DNA of 49,925 nucleotides from Parcubacteria group bacterium (lineage in GTDB: Bacteria > Patescibacteriota > Minisyncoccia > 2-02-FULL-40-12), in NCBI GenBank assembly GCA_016186395.1, contig JACPLU010000007.1, positions 1-49,925 on the forward strand. Direction: 5' to 3'. This document shows positions 27,790-37,328 of this stretch, in pieces. The position numbers and the translations under genes were made by a program. Below the pieces are notes generated by a model, which was not told the DNA's origin, made no database searches, and saw nothing but the letters and a program-made list of their open reading frames with translations. How positions within the stretch are numbered: position 1 is the stretch's first letter; the number at the start of each line of letters is the position of its first letter.

Positions 27790-28480
27790 CTAATCAGGAA
27801 TCTTACAAAACATCCATAGGTCATTCTTTCTAATGATAATGCCGTTGGGATGCGATGCCCATTCTCCAATTTCGCCCTCATAAACAACTTTTTGATTGTT
27901 CAAAATCAACAAATTGCCTTTTTGAACCACTACCCCTCTTGGATGAGAAAACCACGTATCAAATTCACCCTCATAAAGAACAAGCTTACCATTTAAAAGT
28001 ATTCGGTTTTCAAGTTCAATTATTACACCCTCTCTATGCCCATCCCATTCTTGCCAGGCACCGTCATAAAGAAATTTCTTACCATTAAGAAGAAGCTTGC
28101 CGTCTTTTTGTATTACGACACCTTCGGGATGCCCTCGCCAGTCGTCCCACTCTCCTTCATAAACTAAATCCCGGTTATTAATTAAAAACTTATTATTCCT
28201 TCTTATTACAAAGCCCTTTGGGTGGCCGAAACACATCGTACTCTCTCTCTCTCTTGTATACAAGGTCATTTCCGTTAATAAATACCGAGCCTTCACTTTC
28301 AATAATAACACCATCGGGATGCGTATCCCAAAAATCAACTTTTTTTTCTAATAAAAGCACAACTTCCTTATCCTTATATATTTTATAGTTTGCATAAGGA
28401 TTAACTTGCCTACTAGGTTTTTTAAGTAAAAAATTAGGGATAGTGTCTTTCGGCATATTATATTCATTATAGTTCAGCAA
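27790..28480 (-). pseudogene. Tandem-repeat protein gene split by a frameshift at a (CT)7 tract
   Basis: Both ORFs (28193..28480 and 27790..28338) carry the ~32-aa repeat LVYEGE.D.W..HP.GVII; the frame switch falls at 28241-28254. Confidence 0.8.
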
Positions 28481-28519
28481 AAGTTAATATCAAAATATGT
28501 TTATTAAAATAAAATGGTA

Positions 28520-28556
28520 CTTCAAAGCCCGACCTTGAAGATCGGGCTTTGAAGTG
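28520..28556 (-). terminator. Strong hairpin downstream of tRNA-Lys
   Basis: acttcaaagcccga ... tcgggctttgaagt. Confidence 0.65.
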
Positions 28557-28665
28557 AAACGTCTTATCCTGCCGGCTGGATTTGAGAACGGAAAAGTTGG
28601 AACCGCCGAATTGGGACTTTTTTTCAAGGTAATCGATGGTTTTTCCGGAGGCAATTCAAATGGGG

Positions 28666-28738
28666 TCCGCCCCCTGAGAATCGAACTCAGAACCTTCTCC
28701 TTAAAAGGGAGCTGCTCTGCCAATTGAGCTAGGGGCGG
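28666..28738 (-). tRNA. tRNA-Lys(TTT), CCA not encoded
   Basis: Reverse complement ccgcccctagctcaattggcagagcagctcc-cttttaa-ggagaaggttctgagttcgattctcagggggcgga folds as a cloverleaf. Confidence 0.92.
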
Positions 28739-28872
28739 ATTTTAATAAAACAAAAAGGCTTATTCAGCCATTATAATAACAGAAAATGTTCATTTGTTAA
28801 AGTATCTGCAATTTTCTAAAAATTTCTATCCAAACTGGTTCAAGGCCAGAATTTTTCAATTCTCTTTAAAAT

Positions 28873-30156
28873 CTAGCTTTTGTAATGAATGTAATTAGAT
28901 ATTAAACTCATTACTTCCTTTTCTTTGGAACGAAGTTTATCTCTAAATTCACGCGTTACACATACGCGAACACATAAATATTTATCCAATTCTTTAGATA
29001 GTAGATTAAAATATTCTGGATCTTGCTTTTTTAACGAATAAATTTTTGGACCATCATAAAACCAAATATTTTGGGGTATGAACCTGTTTTTTTCGACAAT
29101 ATGACTAACAGCTACCATAGAAGTATCGACTCCTAAAATCTTAGCTATCTCAAATTCAAGATGTTCAAGGTCTTTTGGCCTGGAACGTATAAAAAACTTA
29201 TCAAAGAACAATTTATCTACCTCTTGAACTTGTATTGGCTTTCCGGCTCTCCTCTCAAGCCAACCATATCCTTTAGGACGCACTGAAAGACTTGTTTTAG
29301 GAAAATCTCTGACACCGTTTTCAAAAATAATCATACCTCTTTTTATTATAGGATTATCACAATGTCTTAGGGCAGATAATAAGTCTCCATCAGTCATATC
29401 CCAAAGTTCTGCTTCACTTATACCGCCAGATTCTTTTGAAGTATTCAGCAATTGATAAATGAGCTTTTGCATGAAACGTTGAATAATATACGCGCTTTTT
29501 TCAAGATGAACGTTGCGGTAAAAATATATATATGCTCGCTGAATCTCTATTGCGGCATCCAACGCTTTTAAATCAACCATCAACTTATTATTTTTAAATA
29601 TGAGATGATTAAAGACACTCTCAACACAACGCCTAATGTTTGGTCCAAATGCTATAGACTCTTGATCTCTAACTAAATAGTCGAGTTTCTCCATACCAAA
29701 GTTTTTATCGCTAACTATTAAATACTTTAGATCTTCGTGCCGCATATACTTTTTGATAATCCGAACATCGCCACCACAACGAACAATATCTGAAGTCATC
29801 ATATCAACCACTTTTAAACCATTATCTTTATGATTGGATTTGGTGACTGCTTCTATAACATGAGAAAACGGGCCATGGCCTATATCATGCAAAAGGGCGT
29901 ATAGACTAAGATTGATTGCGTCTTTATTTGTTAAAATACGAGCATGTACCATTCTGGCCGTAAACTCATGCGTTCGTTGATAGGCACCAATTGAATGCTG
30001 TCTACGGTCATGAGTTGCACCAGGGAAAACTAAAAAAGCGAAAGCAAGTTGTTTTTTTTCACTTAAACGACGAAAATATTTATTGTGCAAAATCGGTTCA
30101 ATTTTGCTTATATTAATTTGGCCGTCTCCTGGCCAAGGTATCCATCGATTTTTCAT
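28873..30156 (-). CDS. HD-domain phosphohydrolase, SAMHD1/dNTPase-like
   Basis: QLAF..VFPGATHDRRQHSIG, ALLHDIGHGPFSH, KLDYLVRD. Confidence 0.88.
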   Translation of the reverse strand: MKNRWIPWPGDGQINISKIEPILHNKYFRRLSEKKQLAFAFLVFPGATHDRRQHSIGAYQRTHEFTARMVHARILTNKDAINLSLYALLHDIGHGPFSHVIEAVTKSNHKDNGLKVVDMMTSDIVRCGGDVRIIKKYMRHEDLKYLIVSDKNFGMEKLDYLVRDQESIAFGPNIRRCVESVFNHLIFKNNKLMVDLKALDAAIEIQRAYIYFYRNVHLEKSAYIIQRFMQKLIYQLLNTSKESGGISEAELWDMTDGDLLSALRHCDNPIIKRGMIIFENGVRDFPKTSLSVRPKGYGWLERRAGKPIQVQEVDKLFFDKFFIRSRPKDLEHLEFEIAKILGVDTSMVAVSHIVEKNRFIPQNIWFYDGPKIYSLKKQDPEYFNLLSKELDKYLCVRVCVTREFRDKLRSKEKEVMSLISNYIHYKS

Positions 30157-30196
30157 CTATATACAATTAACAACTAAACTCAATGAGTGCAATTGC

Positions 30197-31909
30197 CTAA
30201 GATGGTTTATCCTTATTTTTTGATAACGCCTTTTCTAAAACCTCACGCAAACTTTCAATATCGGGTTTTTTCATCTCTTCCTTTAAAGCCGCCTGGTTTA
30301 AATCTTTTTCTGGCCTGTCTTGATTTTCTTTTTTTATCCCGCCCTTAAGTTTAAGAGCGGGGTCAAGGGCGAGGTTTACTGTCTGCCCACCTTCGCTCAA
30401 GCTACGGTGGACAGGCCTTCCTTTAAAATCCACAGCTCCCTGTTTAAAAGCGGCTTCAAGACCTATTCCTGACTTCCTTTGTGGCATAACCGTCTTAGGT
30501 GCTCTATAAACATCGTTATCAAATCTTTTTTTAGGCTCGCTAGAAAAACCTTCTCGACCGCGAGAAAAATTATCCTGGCGATTTGAACGGCTTGATTCCG
30601 GCCTTCCATAACCTCTAGGCGAAGAATCTTCAATCGGTTCTGCCCAAAGATTTATTTCGGCTTCTATCTTTTCTCGTGAACCACCAAAATGTTCCCTTGA
30701 TGCTTTGACAATTGCCTCACGAAAAGAATTAACCTCACTTGACATAGGCGGTAAGGTGGCGGCCGAAAAAGCTTTTGAAGCAATGCCGTCAATCATTAAT
30801 TTAAGATAGATAGTCCATTTACCAAGATTTACAATATCCTGGATAGTAAATTCAGGAGCAAACTCTTTTTCTAGAGCTTCGGCGTCTTCAGCACCAACTC
30901 TAAAAGTAACAAGAGTTCCAACATTACCAAATACAGCATCTCTTACTTTCTCGTCCATCTGCATTATGTATTGGTGAGCCAATATAAGATTTAGTTTATA
31001 TTTCCTGGCTTCTGACAGAATCGAAGCAAACGATTCTGTTGCAAAGTTCTGGAATTCATCAACATAAAGATAAAAATCTTTTCGATCCGGTTCAAGAATA
31101 TCAACCCTGGACATCGCTGCAAGCTGTAGGCGGGTAACCATTAAAGCCCCAAGTAATCTTGAGGTATCCTCGCCGATTTTGCCTTTGGATAAATTGAGTA
31201 TGAGAATTTTACCCGAGTCCATAATTTCTCGCATGTTCAAAGCAGATTTTTCTTGACCAACGATATTTCTAATTAAGGTTGCGGAAGTAAATTGACCAAC
31301 CTTATTCTGAATAGCTGCGGTTGCTTCAGAAGCCAACCTATCTGTATATTTTGCAAACTCCTGAACCCAAAAAGCTTTAACTACCGGGTCCTGGACTTTT
31401 TCAACTACTTTTTTCCTATATTCTTTGTCCGCTAACATTCTGTTAATTCCCAAAAGAGTTGACCCAGGATATTCTAAAAGAGCCAAAATCGTATTGTTCA
31501 AAATATATTCCATTCTGGCTGACCAAACATCCACCCATATTTTTTTAAACACACCCATAACTCCTGCGGCTACCAAATGCCTATACTCCGGATTTACCTG
31601 TTCCATTATGTTAAAACCGATCGGATACGACACATCAGAAGGATCAAAATATATAACATCATTCACTCTTTCAGCAGGTATATAATCAAGCAACGAATCA
31701 GCGGTATCTCCATGAGGGTCAACAAAAGCTAAACCGTGTCCCATTTGAATATCTTGAATTGCCATATTTTTTAAAATTTCTGTTTTGCCCATTCCGGTTT
31801 TTCCTATTATATACATATGCCTTCTGCGATCATCCGGCTTAATACCAAAACGCACCCGTTTGTTACGGAAATTTGTCTCCCCAAAAAATACTATACTACT
31901 ATCGTTCAT
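30197..31909 (-). CDS. VirD4/TraD/HerA-like coupling ATPase
   Basis: RHMYIIGKTGMGKT, VDPHGD, LYVDEFQNF, SEARKY, LAHQY. Confidence 0.85.
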   Translation of the reverse strand: MNDSSIVFFGETNFRNKRVRFGIKPDDRRRHMYIIGKTGMGKTEILKNMAIQDIQMGHGLAFVDPHGDTADSLLDYIPAERVNDVIYFDPSDVSYPIGFNIMEQVNPEYRHLVAAGVMGVFKKIWVDVWSARMEYILNNTILALLEYPGSTLLGINRMLADKEYRKKVVEKVQDPVVKAFWVQEFAKYTDRLASEATAAIQNKVGQFTSATLIRNIVGQEKSALNMREIMDSGKILILNLSKGKIGEDTSRLLGALMVTRLQLAAMSRVDILEPDRKDFYLYVDEFQNFATESFASILSEARKYKLNLILAHQYIMQMDEKVRDAVFGNVGTLVTFRVGAEDAEALEKEFAPEFTIQDIVNLGKWTIYLKLMIDGIASKAFSAATLPPMSSEVNSFREAIVKASREHFGGSREKIEAEINLWAEPIEDSSPRGYGRPESSRSNRQDNFSRGREGFSSEPKKRFDNDVYRAPKTVMPQRKSGIGLEAAFKQGAVDFKGRPVHRSLSEGGQTVNLALDPALKLKGGIKKENQDRPEKDLNQAALKEEMKKPDIESLREVLEKALSKNKDKPS

Positions 31910-31958
31910 AATTTTTTATGCCTTGAGTTTCATAATACATGATTTATGTTTCATGTTG

Positions 31959-33245
31959 TTACTCTGTCGGCAAAGTAATTGGCGGCATACCTTTTTTCGC
32001 TTCAATACGCGGTACCGACGGCGCTCGTACAGAAATAGTTGGCAAATGATAAATGGTTGCCAATTCTTCGGTATTAAACACGAAAGCCTTTTTAACCCAC
32101 TGACGTTTTATAAATTTATTAAATAAATTAACCTTGCGTTTGTAAAAAAGACTTTGAGAGAATAGCCCTTTTCCTGTAAAAGGAACCTTCGCAAAAAATC
32201 CTTTATCAGACGTAAAAGCTTTTGGATTAAGCCTGAATCCGTTTAAATTGGAGGAGGCAAATTGTTTGAAGGCTCCGATTAAAGCTCCCAAAAAACCGAG
32301 ATTAAAGACATCACGCCTGGCGATATACACCAAGCGGATACCTGAATCAAAACCAATCTTAGCGGTATTACGATCAATCGCTTTTATAATTTCCTGTTCT
32401 CCGTGTGAAAGATGAAGCATTGATTTAAGTTCAGCTTTTTCTTTCGGAGCATCAACCATATTACCCGGTATCAAAGAATCAATAAAATCAACCGTTTTAC
32501 CAAAAGCGTCACGCTCCAGAGGTTTTGTTCTCCCCATAATTTTGTCCACAATTGTTTTTCCTTCTTTTATCCATTTATCATCCGTTGTCGGACGGATAAG
32601 ATACTGCAACCAAACATTTTCCCCGGGTTTTAAAGAACCTAATGCTTCTGCCAATGCAGCCAAAGGATCAATTCTCTTTTCTTCTCCAATGCCGCCGGAC
32701 TCTTCAAATTCAGGATGGGTTCTAATCGGATAAGCATCTTCCTTGGTTAAAACCAATTCCCCTCCCCATAAATCGTATTCTTCGTTTGGCAAATCTTTCG
32801 GGAGGTCGTTAATAAAATCCGTAACTTCTGAAATCTCGGCATCAGAGTATTGAGCATAAACATGAGACTCAACTATATTTCTATACCTTGATGGCGTTCT
32901 AATATAAAAATTTATACCGCCGCCTTTGGCAACGGTTTCCAAGGCTAAGTAATCTTGATGAAATTTACCTCTAACCCACTTATCTTTCCATGCTTCTGGT
33001 AACCACAAACCGTGAAAACCGGAAAACATTTGTTCTGAAGCTTTCGGACTCTTCCTAATCTCTGGAGGAATTCTAATTTCTAAAGTAACCCATTCTAATG
33101 CAGCTTCATATTTTTCCTTAAGATATGTACCGTAAGCAAGTCTTGTTCCTAGAACTAAAACTACCGGCAGCCAAGTCCACCAAAACGAAGCTAACAATTT
33201 TAATGATATAAGATAAGAATCTAAAATAGAAAATTCCACCCCCAC
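31959..33245 (-). CDS. Membrane-anchored hypothetical protein adjacent to the coupling ATPase
   Basis: N-terminal TM, LEIRIP, YAQY, YPIRT, EELATIYHLP; this pairing is common in CPR genomes as I recall it. Confidence 0.75.
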   Translation of the reverse strand: MGVEFSILDSYLISLKLLASFWWTWLPVVLVLGTRLAYGTYLKEKYEAALEWVTLEIRIPPEIRKSPKASEQMFSGFHGLWLPEAWKDKWVRGKFHQDYLALETVAKGGGINFYIRTPSRYRNIVESHVYAQYSDAEISEVTDFINDLPKDLPNEEYDLWGGELVLTKEDAYPIRTHPEFEESGGIGEEKRIDPLAALAEALGSLKPGENVWLQYLIRPTTDDKWIKEGKTIVDKIMGRTKPLERDAFGKTVDFIDSLIPGNMVDAPKEKAELKSMLHLSHGEQEIIKAIDRNTAKIGFDSGIRLVYIARRDVFNLGFLGALIGAFKQFASSNLNGFRLNPKAFTSDKGFFAKVPFTGKGLFSQSLFYKRKVNLFNKFIKRQWVKKAFVFNTEELATIYHLPTISVRAPSVPRIEAKKGMPPITLPTE

Positions 33246-33385
33246 ACCACAACAAGGATCAACTATAACTTTTTAAAAAGTTATAGTTTCTCGAGATTAT
33301 GGGATTATCTAGACATAAATTCTAAACAAAACGTAATTAAATTAATATATTACCGCCCCACAAAACCCTTGTTTGGTATGGGGGT
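33238..33385. repeat. MITE/REPIN-like element with terminal inverted repeats
   Basis: acccccacaccacaacaagg/ccttgtttggtatgggggt; inner aactataactttttaaaaagttatagtt. Confidence 0.65.
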
Positions 33386-33410
33386 CCGTCTTTTTATAAT
33401 TATATCAGAA

Positions 33411-33440
33411 AAGAGCCCCGACCAGAAGGTCGGGGCTCTT
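33411..33440 (-). terminator. Rho-independent terminator
   Basis: aagagccccgacc-agaa-ggtcggggctctt. Confidence 0.85.
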
Positions 33441-33452
33441 GATATCAATAGT

Positions 33453-34508
33453 TTAAATCTCTTTAAGAAAGACCCTACCTTTTTCATCTTTTCTAAAAAG
33501 CTTAGAATCCTGGAGACTTAAAAGCACGGTATTTGGTTTAACAAATCTAGCTGAAGTAACAAAAGCAACAATTTTATCTTTAGGAGTCGGACCTTTCTTT
33601 TTAAGAAAGCCGGTCACTAAATCCTTTATTGTACCCGGCTCATAACCCCATTCGGCTAAAGCATAAAGACCTCTCCCAACTAAAACAAATCGATCGTCTT
33701 TTATTAACTCATTATGAACAGTCTGGGCGTTTGCTTTCTTACGATCAAAACTAGAAGTATTTATCAACTGGGCAATTTCATTAAAATGTTTTGGCTTATT
33801 TTCCCTTCGTAAAACTAAATATGCCTTATCTTTTACTCCCCGTGGAACTATATGCGGCCACGCTACCAATCCCCATTCACCAAATATATTTTTCCCGATA
33901 TGTTTACTCAAAGAAAGATAGGAAATTAAAATCTTAAGGTCATTAATACTCACATCTCTAATCGCTCTGGTAGTCGAGACTTCTAAAAGATTATCTTCTT
34001 TCACAGCTTCTTTGCTTCGTTTTAGAAAGGTTACAAATTGGGCAACAGCATTTCTGACTTTCTCTGAATAAGCTGGATCCTTAAAACTCCAGAAAGTGTT
34101 AAAATCATCATCTTCTATAAAACGACTAAATTGGTTACTCACGGCCATCATTAAAACTAAAGCTGCATTTTCAGCAGATGATTTTTCATTCCCCGAAAAA
34201 AGTGAAAACAGTTTGTCCTCTTTTAAGGCATTTCCGTATTCCTTTAAAAATTCTGTTGTTAATTGGACATATGGATTAAAATTAAATCTTCCAAAATTAC
34301 GACGCAAATCTCTTAAAGCCACCTCTTCAATTTGCCTTACCCTTTCACGAGTTATTTTATATCCCGAACCGATTGACTCTAAAGTCTCTTTTCTTCCATT
34401 TTTCAGGCCAAAACGACGAGAAATTACGTCTTGACTGCGTTTATTGAGTACGCCTATAAAATTAGTAACTTGACCCTTTAAATTTTGGGCTATTTGAAGA
34501 TCCGACAT
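33453..34508 (-). CDS. Sigma-70 region 4-like HTH protein with C-terminal winged-HTH (HARE/RNAP delta-like) domain
   Basis: RRFGL..ETLESIG..ITRERVRQIE; HFNEIA..QTVHNELI..FVLVGRGLYAL. Confidence 0.8.
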   Translation of the reverse strand: MSDLQIAQNLKGQVTNFIGVLNKRSQDVISRRFGLKNGRKETLESIGSGYKITRERVRQIEEVALRDLRRNFGRFNFNPYVQLTTEFLKEYGNALKEDKLFSLFSGNEKSSAENAALVLMMAVSNQFSRFIEDDDFNTFWSFKDPAYSEKVRNAVAQFVTFLKRSKEAVKEDNLLEVSTTRAIRDVSINDLKILISYLSLSKHIGKNIFGEWGLVAWPHIVPRGVKDKAYLVLRRENKPKHFNEIAQLINTSSFDRKKANAQTVHNELIKDDRFVLVGRGLYALAEWGYEPGTIKDLVTGFLKKKGPTPKDKIVAFVTSARFVKPNTVLLSLQDSKLFRKDEKGRVFLKEI

Positions 34509-34593
34509 GTTAGAATAATCTTACCAGATTTGACCCCAAGCCGTCAACCCCAGCTAATAGAGTCTATATAGCAATCCCCAAAACCCGTGTCAA

Positions 34594-34663
34594 GCCCCGT
34601 AGTAGAAATTCAACTTTTTACCCCCTTGCGCCTTTAGCGCATGTTGAATTTTCACTACGGGGC
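34594..34663. repeat. 70-bp hairpin element
   Basis: gccccgtagtagaaattcaac/gttgaattttcactacggggc; caagcc occurs at both borders. Confidence 0.65.
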
Positions 34664-34820
34664 AAGCCTACACACCATACATAAGGATTAATTTCTGCAA
34701 ATGACTGCGGTTCAATCTTATTTACCAAACAATACACTATCAATACACTATTTTTTAGACTTACTGAACAAAATAACCAAACAAAAAAAAGCCCTAAATT
34801 CAGAGCTTTTTTTTATTTGA

Positions 34821-34892
34821 TGGGCCCAGTAGGAATCGAACCTACTACCTCGTCGATGTCAACGACGCGTTCTGCCAATGAACTATGAGCCC
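34821..34892 (-). tRNA. tRNA-Val(GAC), CCA not encoded
   Basis: Reverse complement gggctcatagttcattggcagaacgcgtcg-ttgacat-cgacgaggtagtaggttcgattcctactgggccca. Confidence 0.95.
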
Positions 34893-34927
34893 TTAAATTT
34901 TATATTCCAAATTTTAAGTTTCATGTT

Positions 34928-35815
34928 TCAAGTTTTAAGTTTACTCCACCACACAAGCAATGGAGAAGCAATAAAAATTGAAGAATAGGCTCCCAAAAAT
35001 ATACCTATTATTAAAGCCAGAGCAAAATATCGGATACTTTCCCCTCCAAAAAAGTAAATAGCGACCAACGAAAGCAAAGTCGTAAATGTGGTATTTAAAG
35101 ACCGAACCAAAGTTTGCATAACACTTTTATGAACTATTGCCGGAAATCCGTCTTTCAACCCCTCTTTTAAAACATTTTCTCTTACCCTGTCAAAAACTAC
35201 CACTGTATCTGAAACAGAAAAACCTAAAATAGTTAAGGCAGCAGCAACAAAGACTCCACCGATCTCAACCCCGTAATAATATCCTAGCAAGGCAAAAACT
35301 CCAAAAGGAATAAATAAATCATGGACTAGCGCTACAATAGCGGCCACACCCATGCTCCAAGGTGATAAAACTTTTGAAAGTTTCCTAAACACAAAGGCTA
35401 TATAAGAAAGAATGCCTATTAAAACCAAAATGATAGCAGTAATACTTTTACGCTTAAGCTCGTTACCAACAACAGGACCTACCGAATCAAATTTTTTCTC
35501 TTCAATCTGATTTTCAAAGTTTGTCTCCAACCTTCTCAAAATCAATTGGTGGTTCTCTTCACTTAACTCACCGGATCGAATAATTAATCCTTTATCACCA
35601 AGTGAACTAAGATTTAAATCTTTAATCGGAAACTGATCAGTCAAGACTTTTTGAATTTGAGCCATCTCGGGTCGGCCATCTTTAAATTCCAGCTCAATCA
35701 CACTACCGCCTTTAAAATCAACCCCAAATTTTAGTCCAAAAATAAAAACACAAACAATAGCTATCAGAGTCAGACCGATAGAAACAAAAAACATTATTTT
35801 ATAGACTGGATGCAC
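34928..35815 (-). CDS. secF: Protein translocase subunit SecF
   Basis: GVDFKGG, VGPVVG.EL, HD, GFSVSDTVVVFDRVREN, GAYSSIFIA. Confidence 0.96.
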   Translation of the reverse strand: MHPVYKIMFFVSIGLTLIAIVCVFIFGLKFGVDFKGGSVIELEFKDGRPEMAQIQKVLTDQFPIKDLNLSSLGDKGLIIRSGELSEENHQLILRRLETNFENQIEEKKFDSVGPVVGNELKRKSITAIILVLIGILSYIAFVFRKLSKVLSPWSMGVAAIVALVHDLFIPFGVFALLGYYYGVEIGGVFVAAALTILGFSVSDTVVVFDRVRENVLKEGLKDGFPAIVHKSVMQTLVRSLNTTFTTLLSLVAIYFFGGESIRYFALALIIGIFLGAYSSIFIASPLLVWWSKLKT

Positions 35816-35917
35816 TAATATGATACCAATATACTAACGCATACTAATTATACTCATAAGATTCGTCGCGTCAGACGCGATTCGTATCATTAGTATCAAT
35901 TCGTATATTTGAATCGG
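35809..35917. repeat. ATAC(G/T)AAT palindrome (copy 5) with a GC hairpin at its centre
   Basis: gataccaatatactaac ... tcgcgtcagacgcga ... attcgtatcattagtatc. Confidence 0.75.
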
Positions 35918-35920
35918 TTA

Positions 35921-37282
35921 TTATCTAAACAACCACTTTACTTTTTCAAATTTTGACCCAGTAAACAAATTCAAAAACCCCCTTGTTATTACTATTGCCG
36001 TCAAAAGGCTTGTTAAAACACCTATTCCTAAAGTTAAGGCGAATCCTTTAACGATCGAAGTGGTAAAACTATACAAAAAGAAGGCTCCGATTAAAGCCGT
36101 AACATGACTGTCACGAACTGACAACCAAGCCCTACGAAACCCTTCATGCATAGCCGCATTTAAACCCTTGCCGAGCTTCAACTCTTCTTTCATACGAGCA
36201 AAAATCAAAATGTTGGCATCGACCGCCATACCCAAAGATAAAATAAACCCAGCGATACCTGCTAAAGTTAGAGTTACGGGTATTAACTTATAAAACGACA
36301 AAACGATCAGCACATAAATCAATAAAGCAATGACCGCAATAATCCCCGGTAATCTATAAAACAAAACCATAAAAATAGCGACAAAAATTAAACCGTACAC
36401 TCCTGCTTTTAGACTCTTGGCCAAAGATTCTGCACCCAATGATGCACCAATTGTCTGTTGTGAAATTAATTTTATTGGCACCGGTAAAGCTCCAGCATTT
36501 AGTCTTGTAACCAAAAGCTTAGTTTCATTAATAGTAAAGTTTCCATTAATAACAGCCCTACCGCTAGGGATTTCTTCTTGCACTACAGGAATACTTATAG
36601 GAATTCCGTCCAAATAGATTGCTACTCTTTTGCCAACATTTCTTTTGGTAATGTCGGCAAAAAGTTTGGCACCCTCATCGTTTAACTCAAGACTTACCTG
36701 AGACGATAGTCCTTGTTGATCAAAAGTCACTTCGGCTCTTTTAAGATGTTTACCGTTAAGACCTGTGGACTGAAACGGATCCTCGTCTAATCTTTGACCG
36801 TTTTGTTGTGCGTCTACAATTGCTTGAGCATCTATTTTTTCTTCTTTAAATTCCAAAAATGGCGTTTCTCCTATTTGTTGAATGGCCTGATTCACATCTT
36901 TAATCCCAGCAAGTTCAACTATCAACCTATCATCACCACTGATTTGAACCACAGGTTCGGCAACTCCAAAAAGATTAACTCTTCTTTCAATAACGTCCCT
37001 TACTCCCTGCATTGCTTCACCAATGTCACGTCCTTCAATCTGTTCTATGTCAGCTTGATAGACTAGGTGCGTGCCTCCGAGCAAATCGAGACCCAATCTA
37101 AAAGGACTTTCAAACATATAGGGTAGGTGGAGTTTTGTTTTGAAATTAAACCAATCTAGGCTTTTATTAACCCCCTGGGGATAAACAAACGCAAACAAAA
37201 ACAGCGATATCAAAACTGTAGTTAAGACAAAATAGAATCTTTTCACTGGGAAAATATTATCAGGATAAATAAAAAAAGGCAA
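35921..37282 (-). CDS. secD: Protein translocase subunit SecD (start uncertain)
   Basis: LGLDLLGG, RRVNLFGVAEP, GALPVP, GMAVDANILIF. Confidence 0.96.
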   Translation of the reverse strand: MPFFIYPDNIFPVKRFYFVLTTVLISLFLFAFVYPQGVNKSLDWFNFKTKLHLPYMFESPFRLGLDLLGGTHLVYQADIEQIEGRDIGEAMQGVRDVIERRVNLFGVAEPVVQISGDDRLIVELAGIKDVNQAIQQIGETPFLEFKEEKIDAQAIVDAQQNGQRLDEDPFQSTGLNGKHLKRAEVTFDQQGLSSQVSLELNDEGAKLFADITKRNVGKRVAIYLDGIPISIPVVQEEIPSGRAVINGNFTINETKLLVTRLNAGALPVPIKLISQQTIGASLGAESLAKSLKAGVYGLIFVAIFMVLFYRLPGIIAVIALLIYVLIVLSFYKLIPVTLTLAGIAGFILSLGMAVDANILIFARMKEELKLGKGLNAAMHEGFRRAWLSVRDSHVTALIGAFFLYSFTTSIVKGFALTLGIGVLTSLLTAIVITRGFLNLFTGSKFEKVKWLFR

Positions 37283-37328
37283 TTCGTCATTGCCTTATTT
37301 AAGCGTCTAGAATTTAATCTATCCTATA

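Noticed and set aside
28490..28723. 77-aa ORF
   Set aside because: Overlaps tRNA-Lys and its downstream hairpin.
30197..33245. Conjugative element
   Set aside because: Only a coupling-type ATPase and its neighbour; no relaxase, VirB4 or integrase; housekeeping context.
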